A DNA stretch of 63,306 nt, the filler included, from Lenisia limosa (Eukaryota; Protista; Breviatea): NCBI GenBank assembly GCA_001655205.1. It is 12 parts of 12 records of this genome, joined end to end, with 100 filler letters (N's around TTAATTAATTAA, not from the genome) between each part and the next. Parts side by side here need not be neighbours in the genome. Positions count along the whole stretch, not along the records: positions 43,209 to 52,963 come from LPNZ01010857.1; positions 53,064 to 57,347 come from LPNZ01009782.1; positions 57,448 to 62,114 come from LPNZ01008922.1; positions 62,215 to 63,306 come from LPNZ01003693.1; 8 more parts are not named here. One strand, written 5' to 3'. The position numbers were made by a program, and so were the translations under genes. The notes beneath the pieces are model-generated. The model was not told where the DNA came from and did no database searches. It saw nothing but the letters and a program-made list of their open reading frames with translations. Within the stretch, counting starts at the first letter, position 1; every line of letters starts with the position of its first letter. Positions 49,168-62,271 of this stretch are shown in pieces.

Positions 49168-52100
49168 ATGAGTTCCAACCGTGAACTTACAATGGAGGAG
49201 ATCGGTACGTCTTAGTGTTCCATTCCTCATATCTTCCCAGGAGAGATCCGAAAGTTCCTCCAGGCACGCCAAGAAGTGGCCGCTGTTGTTACCTATATCA
49301 AAAAGACTAAAGATGTCAAAAAAGGAACTGAGGTTGGTGTTTTTCCTCTTTCCTCTTGGTCTTACCCTCTTCCAGATCGTTGATGACCGTATTCTTGTTG
49401 TCACAAACATATGTGTGTATTCTTTCAAGCCTGGAGCCAAGGTGAGAACATTTCCTTCCTCCCATCTGTATCGTTTTGACTCAAGTTATTGTGATATTGT
49501 TGGGTGTCAGTTTAGTGTGGACCATTTCAGGCATTTGGTCAATCAAGTTGATTGGTTGTAATTGGAGGTTGTTTGAAGTTATGCAACAGAACCTCAAAAG
49601 CATGATTTTAGTTATATATGAATATATCTTATAGTTTATAAATAACATGTGATTTGTTCAGTTTTTTTTTGTGTGTGTGAGTAGTGGATGTTGTGATTGC
49701 ATTTTTAGTCTAAATCTGTAGTCTGTTGCTCGCCAAGGGCACTTCTATGAGCTGAAGGAACTGCAGAGCGAATCTCCTGATGATGTGAGTTCATTCATTG
49801 TATATATGTATGTATAGACTCAGTCGACACACGAAAGTCCCACTGCCATAATTAAACCGAATCTCCCCCTTTTTTTCGGTCGTCAATAATGCTGACAAGG
49901 CTCTACTCGTTGCCCAATATTCACCCACTCACGTTATCAGGTCAAGTTTGTATTCAAGGACTTTATCCTGGCTGGACGATTTGAAGGTGCTGAAGCCGCC
50001 CTTGGAAAGGTAAGGCTAAAATATCTCAGACTGCAAATTTCAACTCTGTTCTTTTGAACACTGAAAACACCTTCTTTTTGCTGCTCCAACGTCACAGGTG
50101 ATCTGGTCCCTTCGAATGATCTATGGTGGCGGTAGCAAGCTTCCCGTCAAGATAACTGTCGCTCCCGAAGGACGGTGGGAGGGCGATGGATGAACCTTGG
50201 TGTGGTTGTTCTGATTCGACCCAGCATAAACAGTTCCAAACTGACTTGTGTTAACTCTCTAGTAAACTGCCCGTGCCGGACGTCAAACTTGGTGACTGTG
50301 GAGGATATGCCATGACATACAGAGCCGTTGCCTCTATTCTGAACATCCCCGTGAGGAGGAGGTCGTTAGTTAAACCTTTTCAAATCAACGTGCTTGACAT
50401 ACTGCTTTGTTCTATCATATCTCTAACTTCCTATCTCATGATGTAGCCCCGTGAGGATGTCTGTTGGGATATCGAGTCTATTTGGGGCCCCTCTGAGATC
50501 ACTGAATTCAACCTTGGCGAGTAGGAAGGGGGTAAGAAAACCAAAAACCTGTTGAAGGCGAGATTCTAGACACTCATGATTTCAAGTTTAACTTTATCAG
50601 GTTTGATGTGATGGTCGGCAAAGACCTTCAGGCGTTAGTCCAACCCCTCAGATACAACCCTTATTTCACAGCGTTTTCTGCCAAGCATATGCAAATGGGT
50701 TGGTTATATCACTTTTCGTTACCCATTATCTACACCCAATAGTAGATAATACCATATCATTCACCTCTATAGGCAAGGAAGGCTTGGGCTATCTTGGTGA
50801 CGTGTTCAGATACAACAGCACTATCACTGATCTGGTAGGCGCTTGAGCTGCATTCTGGCCTGCAAAAATGAATTTACCCAATGTCTCTTGATAGAAATAC
50901 TATCTTTTTTGGTTTTTGGTTTTTGGTTTTCTCACAATGTGATGCGGCGAATCTACTGGTCAGGGCTCTTGATTATTATCATTATTATTATTTTTCATTT
51001 CTACTCGTGTTTGAGTGTTTGGTCAATAGAGTTTAATGAGTGTAACTGTTTGTGGGGTTTTTTTTGTTGGGTTTTTTTTCATAATCCCGCTTCACCTTCG
51101 TAGGTATTGACTGACATCGGTGCCAACAAGCAAGACTGGGTGACTTTCTTTGACACCCTCGCGACCAACTCCAGCCTGGCCCTCTCCACCATTTCCATCA
51201 CTAACGCTGCCATTGACGATAAGGTACTTCCCACCCCTCACATTGCCCGTGTACCAGTGTTTTCTTTGACTGATATTTAGGCCGCAATTTCCCTTGCCAA
51301 CCTCATTGGAAACCTCAAGCAAGGCATCAAATCTCTGGACCTTTCAGGCTGCCAGGCTGAAAAGAAGGGCTGCACTGCCATCTGTGGGTATCCTCACTTT
51401 TTATTGTTGCTAAAGACTGAGNNNNNNNNNNNNNNNNNNNNNNNNNNNNNNNNNNNNNNNNNNNNNNNNNNNNNNNNNNNNNNNNNNNNNNNNNNNNNNN
51501 NNNNNNNNNNNNNNNNNNNNNNNNNNNNNNNNNNNNNNNNNNNNNNNNNNNNNNNNNNNNNNNNAACGCACTGAAGAAGAACGGCAAGTCCACCGCAACC
51601 CTTGTTGACCTGAACTTCAGCAAGAACCAGCTTGGTGCTGACGGCTCTTCTGCCCTCGCCAACTTCCTTTCAAGTACGCCGCTTTCTTTTGAGTGTCTCA
51701 GCCCACCTTCTGATGTGTTTACACTCTAGCCCCGAACTGTGTCAAGAAGCTCATTCTGAGTGACTGTGGCGTTTCTGTCGACCCTGTTGCCCAGGCCATT
51801 ATCCGCGGCTCCTCAGGTGGGGCATGCTTATCATTCTTTTGTGGTCAAATATACTTTTTTTTCCTCTCATAGCCATTTGCTCTGCGTGCCTTTGATACCG
51901 CTCACTTCTTAGAACTGACGCACGTTGACGTTTCGCACAACAAATTCATCCCCCGTGATGTGTCCGGCATGGAGGCGGTCATCAAGGCTGCCGGCAACCT
52001 CATCGACGTCAACCTTGTGGGCCTTGAGGGGTGTCAATTGATAGTGTAAGGCCGAGTGCAGACACTGAGACCATGAATCTGAAACATAATTTTTGTCATT

Positions 52101-52764
52101 TCTTCCACGTATCACTCACTTTCCCTTCACCATCCAGGCGTTCACAAGGATGTCTATGCCTTTCATTCGCACTCTCTGCCAGGCTTTTGCTGGAAATACC
52201 ATCCTCACCAACCTTACCATCTCTTTTGCCGGAAACGATATTGGTCAGTTGGACTGTTGGAAGTGTGTTTGCCTTGGTTGGCTTGTTTCTGAAAAAGACA
52301 GTTTGACCTTGTAACGATTTTAGGTCCCAAGGGTGGAAAGCAGCTTGTAGAGTCCCTTTCGAAGATGCACAATGTCACCACCCTTGACATTTCTGAGTGT
52401 GACCTCAGCGATGAGGGCCTCATCGAACTCTGTGACGGGTGGGGGAGGGGGGATAAATAAAAAGATACATCCTTGTCTCAGTCTGTCTACTTCAAGCTTT
52501 CCTTTTTGTGTTTTCGATTCTCATTCAGATTTCTTATTCCCTCAGTCTCGTTCGTATGTCCCATTTAAAGAAGCTTAATTTGGACAACAACCTCAAACCC
52601 AAGGTGGCTAAGGTCTGTGGGGAGACCTTCTTATTTTGGATTCTTTTCTGGTTTGAAGCCTGTCTGCTTTGATTGTTCGCTACATTTACCCTATTAGGCA
52701 ACTCGTGACCGCACAATGATGTATATCATTCAGCTCCTCGACAGTGAAAGGCCCATTCAACTGA
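49168..52764 (+). CDS. CARMIL / Acan125-like protein (PH-like domain + LRR), 5' part, many short exons
   Basis: MSSNRELTMEEIG...IVDDRILVVTN; CGGYAMTYRAVA...PREDVCWDIESIW...EFNLGE; DLQALVQPLRYNPYF; LRR exons LVDLNFSKNQLGADG, LTNLTISF, VTTLDISECDL; matches the CARMIL family linker and LRR pattern. Confidence 0.88.
50938..51103 (+). repeat. Degenerate family B copy ending at a CARMIL intron acceptor
   Basis: TGTGATGCGG...ACTGGTCAGGGCTCTTTG...CTCGTGTTTG...AGAGTTTAAT...TTTTTCATAAT...TTCGTAG|exon. Confidence 0.55.
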
Positions 52765-52913
52765 NNNNNNNNNNNNNNNNNNNNNNNNNNNNNNNNNNNN
52801 NNNNNNNNNNNNNNNNNNNNNNNNNNNNNNNNNNCAAAAGTGATATCAATATTTATCGAGGATTTATGTTTATTGGAACATTCGAAGCTTTTGTACTGGA
52901 AGGAAGCATTACC

Positions 52914-52963
52914 CGCTGGGGTGATGGAATGCGGTACTGCAGGAGTGACTGGTCTGGGCTTTG
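52914..52963 (+). repeat. Family B head in a CARMIL intron, truncated by scaffold end; family A remnant at about 52835-52890
   Basis: CTGGGGTGATGGAATGCGGTACTGCAGGAGTGACTGGTCTGGGCTTTG. Confidence 0.8.
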
Positions 52964-53640
52964 NNNNNNNNNNNNNNNNNNNNNNNNNNNNNNNNNNNNN
53001 NNNNNNNTTAATTAATTAANNNNNNNNNNNNNNNNNNNNNNNNNNNNNNNNNNNNNNNNNNNNAAAAAAAAAAAAAAAAAAAACAACATCAAAATAAAGT
53101 AAGTAACATATTTTGAGCAGTTAGAAATTAAAACAGAGTACTGGAATCTCCCAATTGCTTGCCTAGAAGATGAATCCAGAGTCCAGAGTTAACTTGAAAG
53201 GGGTTGTGTACGGTGTAAGTGTTTGCATCTTAGAGTTGTATGGAACTAAACAATACAGTACCGTCACCTTTTTCGATAAGACAATATCCTGGGAGCTCTT
53301 TGTCTGTTGCCTATCATCCACAAAAATTGCAACCTTGAGGGGATATCTGAAGTCTTCGCGACACACGTACGTTTTATTTCGTCCCGTGCCTTTGCATCAT
53401 CTTTTTTTTTTGATCATATTGTTTATCTTATATTTTGTGCCCCCATATGATTTATTTTCATATTGATAACCAACATAGAAGCTATCACGAAACCAGTCAA
53501 AAACTCTTTGGCGACCAGGCGGCTATTGTTGTATCCTCCAATTTCTTTGTGGGAATTGTCAAATATTGTTTTATTATTGCTTAGTAGTCTATGATTGCAT
53601 AACTTTGTATGTGTTTGTGTCCTACTAAAAACTAAAACAG

Positions 53641-54480
53641 GAAGCTCCTCTACTGGAAACCGAGGTCCGAGTTCCGCACACCATTGAGGAATTGGAACAA
53701 TCCGGTAACGTGTTGTCTCCTACATCAAGTTGGTATTAATGTTGTTTTAGATGCCGATTTACCACTGGACTTGGAGGAGGACAGGTTAGTTGACAGTAAT
53801 ATTTTTTGGGAAACATTTCTGCCTGTTATGTACCAAGCAAATAACACTGCAACCCAGGTGTTTGACTCACTGGTTGGCTCCCCCGCCGACCGGATCCCAT
53901 CTGGCCTTGCTCGTCACCGAGACGATGTGCCATGTGCTGAGCAGCCGGGGCATGCGGAGTATATGCACTTGCCAACGTACTGCTCTTTGCATACGCCCAC
54001 ACGCTTTGCCATTTCTTCTCATTCCAGCAGGCGACCGCAATAGTCATGATTGGACTTCATGTAAGCGGTTACATGGCAACATAAGAGAAAGAAGGCACGA
54101 GTTTTTACATTTTTGTTGACCGTTCAGGTCCAGGCCATGTCAATGGCAGCCCCTCTTTTACAGTTTGAAACATAGATTTTGATTAGTATTTTTTATTTGC
54201 AAGCTTAGTTGGGCTTTGTTTCATATATTTTCCAGTTTTACTCACCCCCCCCCCNNNNNNNNNNNNNNNNNNNNNNNNNNNNNNNNNNNNNNNNNNNNNN
54301 NNNNNNNNNNNNNNNNNNNNNNNNNNNNNNNNNNNNNNNNNNNNNNNNNNNNNNNNNNNNNNNNNNNNNNNNNNNNNNNNNNNNNNNNNNNNNNNNNNNN
54401 NNNNNNNNNNNNNNNNNNNNNNNNNNNNNNNNNNNNNNNNNNNNNNNNNNNNNNNNNNNNNNNNNNNNTTCTGATTAAAG
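53641..54480 (+). CDS. Hypothetical protein exons; family B tail at about 54200-54254 in its intron
   Basis: EAPLLETEVRVPHTIEELEQS|VGINVVLDADLPLDLEEDR with GT-AG introns; TTGGGCTTTGTTTCATATATTTTCCAGTTTTACTCA-C10. Confidence 0.45.
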
Positions 54481-55329
54481 TATATGCTGCGTCAACAACC
54501 CATTTATGATAGACCATGTTAATAAATCAAGCGAATTTGACTCTTATCTTAGTGCCATTCCAGAACGGTATTTTCGCCCATTTATGTGTAATTTTCTTTC
54601 ATTTTTGGCCCAATTTGTCTCGTATTCTTTACTCAAATGCCTCTTGGTTACTCAAGAGTGGAAAAAAATCAAATCTGATGATGCGAGAAAGTCTTTACTT
54701 TATCGCAGGGACATTCTAGGCCCATAATCAGTGTTTTTAATGTATTTCGCATGAAAAATTGAAGTACCATGAAGGTGGTATTTTGCATGTATGTGAAGCT
54801 GCTTTGCGTCTTGCTGAACGCCACCTCTCTGAAGCCCAAATCAACAATTTAGGGATTTGTGAACCTCACGGTCGCAAAGCCGCCAAATCATCGATAAATA
54901 ATATAATAATAATATCGATATTTTACCAGTCTCTTTCGCCATGATATATGTTAGGCTATAAAAACTCACCGCCGAATCTTTATGATCCTAGTAATAATAG
55001 AGATTCTACTGCAGAAAAACAAAACTGGATTCCCAAATTGAACAAAAGTTGTCCCTCAATCAACCTCTCTCAACTCCCAAAACGTATTTTTTTTCTGGAC
55101 AGGCAATTGGGTGGAAGTGAAAATAATATTAATAATTGAAAAAGATACATATAAAATGAAAGAAATAATCAAAAATAATACAAATGCAATTGAACAAAAT
55201 ATAAAAAATGGAACACTAATAGTATCAAAAAGACAAAAGGACAAAAAAGGAGGACCAATAGAATAAATTGTTTCACCCTTCAAAAAGACAAAAAAAAAGA
55301 CCATCATTAGAATGCATTGTTTCACCCAC

Positions 55330-56700
55330 CGCCTCGCTAAAGTCGCAATGCCGTTGAATTTGGGCTCCCAGTCAATAGGGGTGTCCAAGGCCATTGCTTC
55401 TCTTTCGATTATGGGAACGCCTACTGCCAAACGGGCGAGAGTCAAAGAAACCACATCCACTGCGGCGGCGTATTCGTCCTGATGCTCGTAAAAAATGGAT
55501 CAAATACGTGTATTACATTCCTTTTGACATTAGATACTCCCAGGTTCTTTATGGGTATTTGTAATTATCGTATCCCAATGTATTTCTTTCCTTAGATTTT
55601 TTTCAGTGATATTCTTTTGCTCTCAAAAAATAAATACATTCTTATCCCCATGTATAGTATATTTTATGTATTTTCTCGTTCTTTAATAGTACTTGTTCAC
55701 TATTATCTCAGCAATTTCGACACCATTTGCTTACAGGATTTTCAGAGTGCATTACAGCCACTGATCCCCACAAGATTTCCGGGTATTCGGGAAGCTGGGG
55801 GGGGGGNNNNNNNNNNNNNNNNNNNNNNNNNNNNNNNNNNNNNNNNNNNNNNNNNNNNNNNNNNNNNNNNNNNNNNNNNNNNNNACGAGCAAAAAATCTG
55901 CAGTTCTTAAAAGAAAGCTTGAAAGAAAAGGAACACTCAAAAATGAAAGAACGAAAAGAGGCGAGGAGTCTCTAACTCCATAGAACTACAATCCAGTATA
56001 GTCTCCAAGGATTTTCCCAAGAAATTCAGTCTTTATTGGGACCGAAGTGAGCCACCATATAAAGCCCACCTTTCGGTACGAAAAAAGCAAGGGGTTTTAC
56101 TAGTGCTTCACTTATGTTCAAAAAAAAAAAAACTCGGTGCAATATCGATAGTTTTCGAGGATTTATCGATAAATTCAGTCTATTTCCGAACCGAAGTGAA
56201 GCCTTAGGTTAACTGACCCACAGAGCCCTCATTGAACTTACCTTTTCAGGGGGAATTTCACAGGCCAAGTGATGGAGCGTCCTCATAACTTCCAGGGAGA
56301 ATCGCTGAGGAGCAGTTGGCTGGGGGAGTAAAAATGGAAAAGAGTTTAAACAAAAAAGCCTGAATCAACTCTGTTGGCTAACAACACACGAGGAAAACAA
56401 CAAAACAAAGCTCAGGCTAGAGGCACCGCATCCCACCAGAAAATGTTTTTATGAGACAAAAAAGAGAGAATCAAGTTTGTTGGCTTGCATTTGCCCCCTC
56501 CCCNNNNNNNNNNNNNNNNNNNNNNNNNNNNNNNNNNNNNNNNNNNNNNNNNNNNNNNNNNNNNNNNNNNNNNNNNNNNNNNNNNNNNNNNNNNNNNNNN
56601 NNNNNNNNNNAAATTACTTACTAAAGAGGGGGAATCATGTACGATGAAGGGGTTATACAGGGATAATTATGTTAAGCTAGGATGTAATATTTGGTTGAGA
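55330..56700 (-). CDS. Hypothetical multi-exon protein
   Basis: Phase-0 exons 56242-56319 (PTAPQRFSLEVMRTLHHLACEIPPEK) and 55735-55794 (LPEYPEILWGSVAVMHSENP), each with GTAAG donors; HQDEYAAAVDVVSLTLARLAVGVPIIERE... Confidence 0.6.
56101..56206. mobile_element. Family A MITE (other copies or remnants at about 56010-56052 and 56785-56869)
   Basis: TAGTGCTTCACTT...AACCGAAGTGAAGCCTTA. Confidence 0.85.
56320..56485 (-). repeat. Family B full unit (56320-56439) ending in the splice acceptor CCCCCAG, preceded by a degenerate tail
   Basis: Reverse complement: CTGGTGGGATGCGGTGCC...TTAGCCAACAGAGTTGATTCAGGC...TTTTCCATTTTTACTCCCCCAG|CCAACT... Confidence 0.9.
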
Positions 56701-57613
56701 TTATTTAACGAGTTCATTAGGATGGTGTACAATACTCCAATGACAGAACAAGTTGCATAATTTGAACCAATAATTTGCCTATTCTAGAGCTTCATTTTCG
56801 GTTGCAAAAGACTGACAAAATATCGATTATCGAGGATTTATCGAGAACTTAGTTTTTCAGTAAGCTCTAAATAATTCTCATTAATTGCCTAATGCATCCC
56901 CCCCCCCCCCNNNNNNNNNNNNNNNNNNNNNNNNNNNNNNNNNNNNNNNNNNNNNNNNNNNNNNNNNNNNNNNNNNNNNNNNNNNNNNNNNNNNNNNNNN
57001 NNNNNNNNNNNNNNNNNNNNNNNNNNNNNNNNNNNNNNNNNCTGTAGTGTTAAGGAAAGAGTCGCGGGTGAAGGTTGATAATAGTTACAGATTGAATGTT
57101 GTAACAAGGACAAGATTATCATTAGAGTGCAAGGGTTGTAAGTTATCCACAGTTTCACTGTCACTAACATCCCAAAATCCTATTATCATCATTATTACCA
57201 TTATCATTACATTCTTCATCACTATCATCATATATAGCTACCCCCACCCCTTCTGGTAAATTTTATGGTATCCCTCTGTATTTAATTGCTCTTGTTCAGA
57301 AAATCCCTCTCTTCCAACCCCCCCACTATCAGCCACAGCCCAGTTGANNNNNNNNNNNNNNNNNNNNNNNNNNNNNNNNNNNNNNNNNNNNTTAATTAAT
57401 TAANNNNNNNNNNNNNNNNNNNNNNNNNNNNNNNNNNNNNNNNNNNNCTATGTACATGTCATCTGGTTTTTGTCTAGTTTAAAAGTGTGTTGCTCATGTT
57501 GGTTATTGCTTGTTTTTTTGTTTGTTTGGAGTTCCAGATTATTCATTCGTGATAAGTACCTTTATGCCAATATTTTTCATCAAAAATTCGTTTACTCCCC
57601 CCCCCCTCCCCAG

Positions 57614-58220
57614 GCCCGTAATGACGTCCTCAACGCCAAGTTCCGAAGCCTAGACTTTGGAGACAGCGCCAAGGAGGCCTTTGAGGAGGTCAATGTTTGG
57701 ATCGAAACTTACGAGAGCAGAATGCGCAGAGTAGGGGGNNNNNNNNNNNNNNNNNNNNNNNNNTGAACGTCTTTTTGAAACTTCTCAACACATATGCTTG
57801 TAACTGAAGCGCAATTACCTTTTCACAGGTCCAACGCCGCATTTTTGAGGACGGGCAGTACGCAGCAGCGATGGCTGTCAACGAGCATGTTCACCAGGTC
57901 TGGGGCTGCTTGAGGTGTATAATCCACGACTTTATTCACCGTGAAGGCTGCCGACCAGGCCAAAGCAAACAAAAAGAGAATTAAAAAACTTGGCAAGCAA
58001 CGTGAGAAGTCCATTCTGCAAATAGCCAACCTTCTCGATAAACTGGGCCAAGACCTTTCCAAACATCGTCAGGCCATGCTGGCTGCTGCATCACAGGTTG
58101 GAGGATGATATTTGGTTCTGTGGTTTTTATTGGATGGGGCATTCAATTATTCACTTCTGTAGGCCAACTTTAAGGAGGCTGAGACTCTCCGAATCAAAGT
58201 TTGCTTCATCATAGCTACAT
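57614..58220 (+). CDS. Hypothetical helical protein, 3' exons; preceded by a family-B-like tail ending TTTACTCCCCCCCCCTCCCCAG (about 57560-57613)
   Basis: ARNDVLNAKFRSLDFGDSAKEAFEEVNVWIETYESRMRR|VQRRIFEDGQYAAAMAVNEHVHQ|AADQAKANKKRIKKLGK... Confidence 0.6.
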
Positions 58221-59299
58221 AATATAATAGCTTTTGAGATGCACATAGAACATTTTGCCTTATGACAATTCCGGCTTCAGATTATTTTGATATATTTTTT
58301 ATACTATCTACAGTCAGTTCCAATTTAACACCCCCAAAGGAAGAAAGCGCGGCTGTGAAAGCAAAGTCAAGTATTTTGCCCCTCTTGACAGCTCTCGCTG
58401 AATCGGGTTCATGGGAAGAGGCGGGTGAAATGTCATCCAAACTCAAGGAAGTGCTCCCAACTCCNNNNNNNNNNNNNNNNNNNNNNNNNNNNNNNNNNNN
58501 NNNNNNNNNNNNNNNNNNNNNNNNNNNNNNNNNNNNNNNNNNNNNNNNNNNNNNNNNNNTTCCACCATTAACGGCCTAGGTGCCCAGTGGCTTTCCCTCT
58601 GCCAATCTTGCAAGGACAAAAAGAGAAGTTGTTGTGGTAGGCTTGTGTGATAACTTTGAAACCTTTTCGATGAAAACAGGAAAACACTCTTACCCCAGTT
58701 TCCAGGTTCTTAATAACTACGAACGTAATGTCAAGAACCAGCGGAAGAATAGTCCAGAGCGAGCTGTGGCCGCGTTAGATATGGCGGTCATATCGGAACG
58801 TAAGGAGCATTTTTGTGATGATGTTATCATGATTTTGACATTAAGCTACATTTGCCCCCTTCCCCTAATACTGGTAGGCATCCGTAATGAGGCCCAAGCA
58901 ATTCTTCAGTACTACGCTCTCAATGAGGTTGGTTTCCGTTTTACAGATTTATCTAGTTCCGAGAGCGAGTTTCCCTAACTATCCAGATGTTTGTCATGGC
59001 ACAAGACATTTCAACACTACTCCCCGAAATCTTCAAGTTCCAAAAGAAGTTCCCTCTCCCGGACCAAGATGTAAGTTTCAGGTTACGTACCCTCACCCTT
59101 CAGCATCCTGCTTTTGCAACGCTGCCTCCCCTCATGCCCGATACCCAACCCCCTTGGTAATTATGTTTATGGTGTTATTTTGAAATATTTTTGTGTCTTG
59201 TTAGTTTTTTTTTTTGATACCTTTACGTGGTGCGAGATAGCACATTCGAATGTAACTTCCCAATCTTATGAATATTGAGGGGGAAAGAACATGAATAAA

Positions 59300-61820
59300 T
59301 AGTGGCTATTGGCAGAACTGGCCTGGTCGCTCGGGTACAACAACATTACGCATTTCTTCGCCTTGAACGTAAGGGTTAGGACAAACAACAAAAGTGAAGA
59401 CCCAACCAACCAGTAATGGGGTCGTACGCTGCGTTACCCTTGGTGTAAAGGTTGTTAGCTCTGTAGGCTGCCCGATACTACGCTCGTAAATATTTCAGAA
59501 ACAAGGATGAAAGTAGCAATTTTGAGTTTTTTTTTTTTTTTTTTNNNNNNNNNNNNNNNNNNNNNNNNNNNNNNNNNNNNNNNNNNNNNNNNNNNNNNNN
59601 NNNNNNNNNNNNNNNNNNNNNNNNNNNNNNNNNNNNNNNNNNNNNNNNNNNNNNNTCGCCTTCGGGACCCTCTGCATACTGTTTGTTAACGTTTATCAAC
59701 TTCACATAGTAATTGTTATTATTCCAGTCATAAATGAGTGGTGGAAGCAGTGGAATATTGGTGCCAGTGGGCCATCAACAAAACGAAGTTGATCCCAGAA
59801 GAACATCAGCAATTCCCTGTTCCAACCTGGAGAGTGACGGGATTGAAGGAGACGGAGTTGGCGTTGTGGGCCATTGCCCCAGCCTCTCGCCTCTGACGTG
59901 TTCTGTCCTCCACACGCTGGTCTTCCACCTCCATTTGCCGCCATCTTTCCTCTTCTTTCTCAACATACTCCTGACTATAACGTCAATATGGAACAGACTG
60001 ATTCACCGGTAAGGAGAAAAGATGTTGGGATACAGTGCAAAAAAAAGACCATTCTATTTACCCTTATTTATTCATATTTCGGTTCATCTCAAAATGAGGT
60101 GATATATTTTTTTTTTTTTGCATCTCTAGTTCTATAGGCGTTTTCCAAGAACATCTCCCTATTTTTAGACAAGCTCCTTCATATCAAGTTGACCTCTTGT
60201 GTGGAGTGATAGATCGCTTATTCCGGCCTCATACCGACGGGCAGCATAAGCCTCTTCGCGTCTCTCCCTCTCCTGCATGCGGAACTCTCTTTCCTCGTCA
60301 GCAGCGTTGGTGTGGAACCGGTCCTGCTCTGTGGAGATGAACTATGGAGGAACAATATTGCCAAGAACCGCCAGTAATTAATGGGACAAGAATTTGGTAA
60401 CTATTTCATCAAGAATAGCGAAATGATACAACCCCCACCAGCTATGTATCCAGAAGTGTCAGTGGGGCAAATGATCAGGTTCTCTGAAGTTTCGGGGCGA
60501 GCGTGTCCTTCACGTCTGTCATTTATTCTCCTAAAACCATATTAGCCAAATTAACGCAGAGAAGGGAGCGGAAGGGACCCACCTCTTCTCAAGGGCATCT
60601 TTATTCGAGGATTGGTATCTGTCCTCCCTAGTACGTGGCTGAATCTTTCTCTAAAGAACATTAAACCAACCCATACCCAATAAAACCAACTGATTCCCAA
60701 TGGTCGCCCATTTTGAAATTATTCAAAGGTTTGTTTTCCTAATATTTTTAGCTACGTGTGAACAAACAATAAATAATATAAACCACCCTTTAATAACCAC
60801 TGATTTTAAATTTCTCAAAAAAATATACTTAAGTCCTGGGGGGAAGAACCCCCAGTATGTAGGTGGAAGAATATTTGAACAATTATATTTTTGGAATTGA
60901 TTTGGAACCTCGGTGCTGCGGAGCACTGGAAAAAGATAACAGAATGCAGACAGAATGAGAAACTGAGAAACAGTACATTATATATAATAAATTAAATAAG
61001 GAAGCCAAGACCGGGTGTAGCAGGCCACTGAGATGGGTATTCGTCAGTAGCATCAGTTAGAGTGTCAAACTACATAGTGAACAAATGAGACCAAATCCCT
61101 GCCATATCATTGTTAATTCATCAGAATGGCGTTATATCAAAGTATGTAATTCCCAAACCAACATTTGGATGGGAGGGGTCCAGTCTGTCTCCAAGAATCC
61201 CGTGAAGGGGGTTCTATCAAGGTGAAAGGCAACCAAACCCTGCCAAAACAAAGGATGATATCCCACCTGGACATCCGGGGTGTTGTTGGCGAAGTGTGTG
61301 AGGGGCTGGGGGGATATTGACTGTGGAAAAGTTGTAGCAGCGGAGGCAGCAACCGAATTAACAAGGGATGGCGTGGACTGAGCCTGGTGGTAAAGGTTAG
61401 AAAGTAACAACACCAAGAGAACATACAGTATTTCCTTGGTTTGCAATGGTTCGATTAGCAGCTCCATGATCAAACGATGCTTCTGACGCCAATGCTGAGG
61501 CCATGTTGCGTGCCATGTTGTTGACCTGAATAGTCAGCGTTGAAAGGACTCCGAAGACAGCGGAGACAAAAAAAATACTGCACCATACCATCCTTTGTCT
61601 TACAAATCTTCGTGAAAATAGGTTATTCCTCACATCACGCACAAAATTCTTCATCAACTTACATTGACAGGGGGGAGGACGACCTCGGTCACAGACGTCA
61701 CTGAAGGAGCTCGAGAGTCGACAAGAGGAAATGCGTTGCCAATGGTGTTTATTGCCACGGAGGCTCCAATATTCGGGGACATCATAGGGTTGGTGGTGAG
61801 GCTGGGAGTTGGGTTGCCAA
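59300..61820 (-). CDS. Hypothetical multi-exon protein(s)
   Basis: Exons such as EQDRFHTNAADEEREFRMQERERREEAYAARR, EKEERWRQMEVEDQRVEDRTRQRREAG..FNPVTLQ, PNIGASVAINTIGNAFPLVDSRAPSVTSVTEVVLPPVN. Confidence 0.5.
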
Positions 61821-61989
61821 ANNNNNNNNNNNNNNNNNNNNNNNNNNNNNNNNNNNNNNNNNNNNNNNNNNNNNNNNNNNNNNNNNNNNNNNNNNNNNNN
61901 NNNNNNNNNNNNNNNNNNNNNNNNNNNNNNNNNNNNNNNNNNNNNNNNNNNNNNNNNNNNNNNNNNNNNNNNNNNNNNNNNNNCACACA

Positions 61990-62055
61990 CACGAAGATTT
62001 TTAAAAGAAAACAAAGCCCAGGACAGTTGATTCTGCAGCACCACATCCCACCAAG
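61990..62055 (-). repeat. Family B head in sense orientation upstream of a minus-strand exon
   Basis: Reverse complement: GGTGGGATGTGGTGCTGCAGAATCAACTGTCCTGGGCTTTGTTTTC. Confidence 0.75.
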
Positions 62056-62271
62056 CCAAAAAATGTGGGTATATGATACACATATATCTCTAAAAAAAAA
62101 AAAAAAAAAAAAAANNNNNNNNNNNNNNNNNNNNNNNNNNNNNNNNNNNNNNNNNNNNTTAATTAATTAANNNNNNNNNNNNNNNNNNNNNNNNNNNNNN
62201 NNNNNNNNNNNNNNCATACCTTGGGTATTATCATCATAATGCACCAGACACACACACACACATAGACATAC

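Noticed and set aside
5409-62170. ORFs in the track containing X runs or derived from MITEs and family B (e.g. 5409..5825, 8074..8412, 46436..46933)
   Set aside because: They are open only because they cross N gaps or low-complexity repeats.
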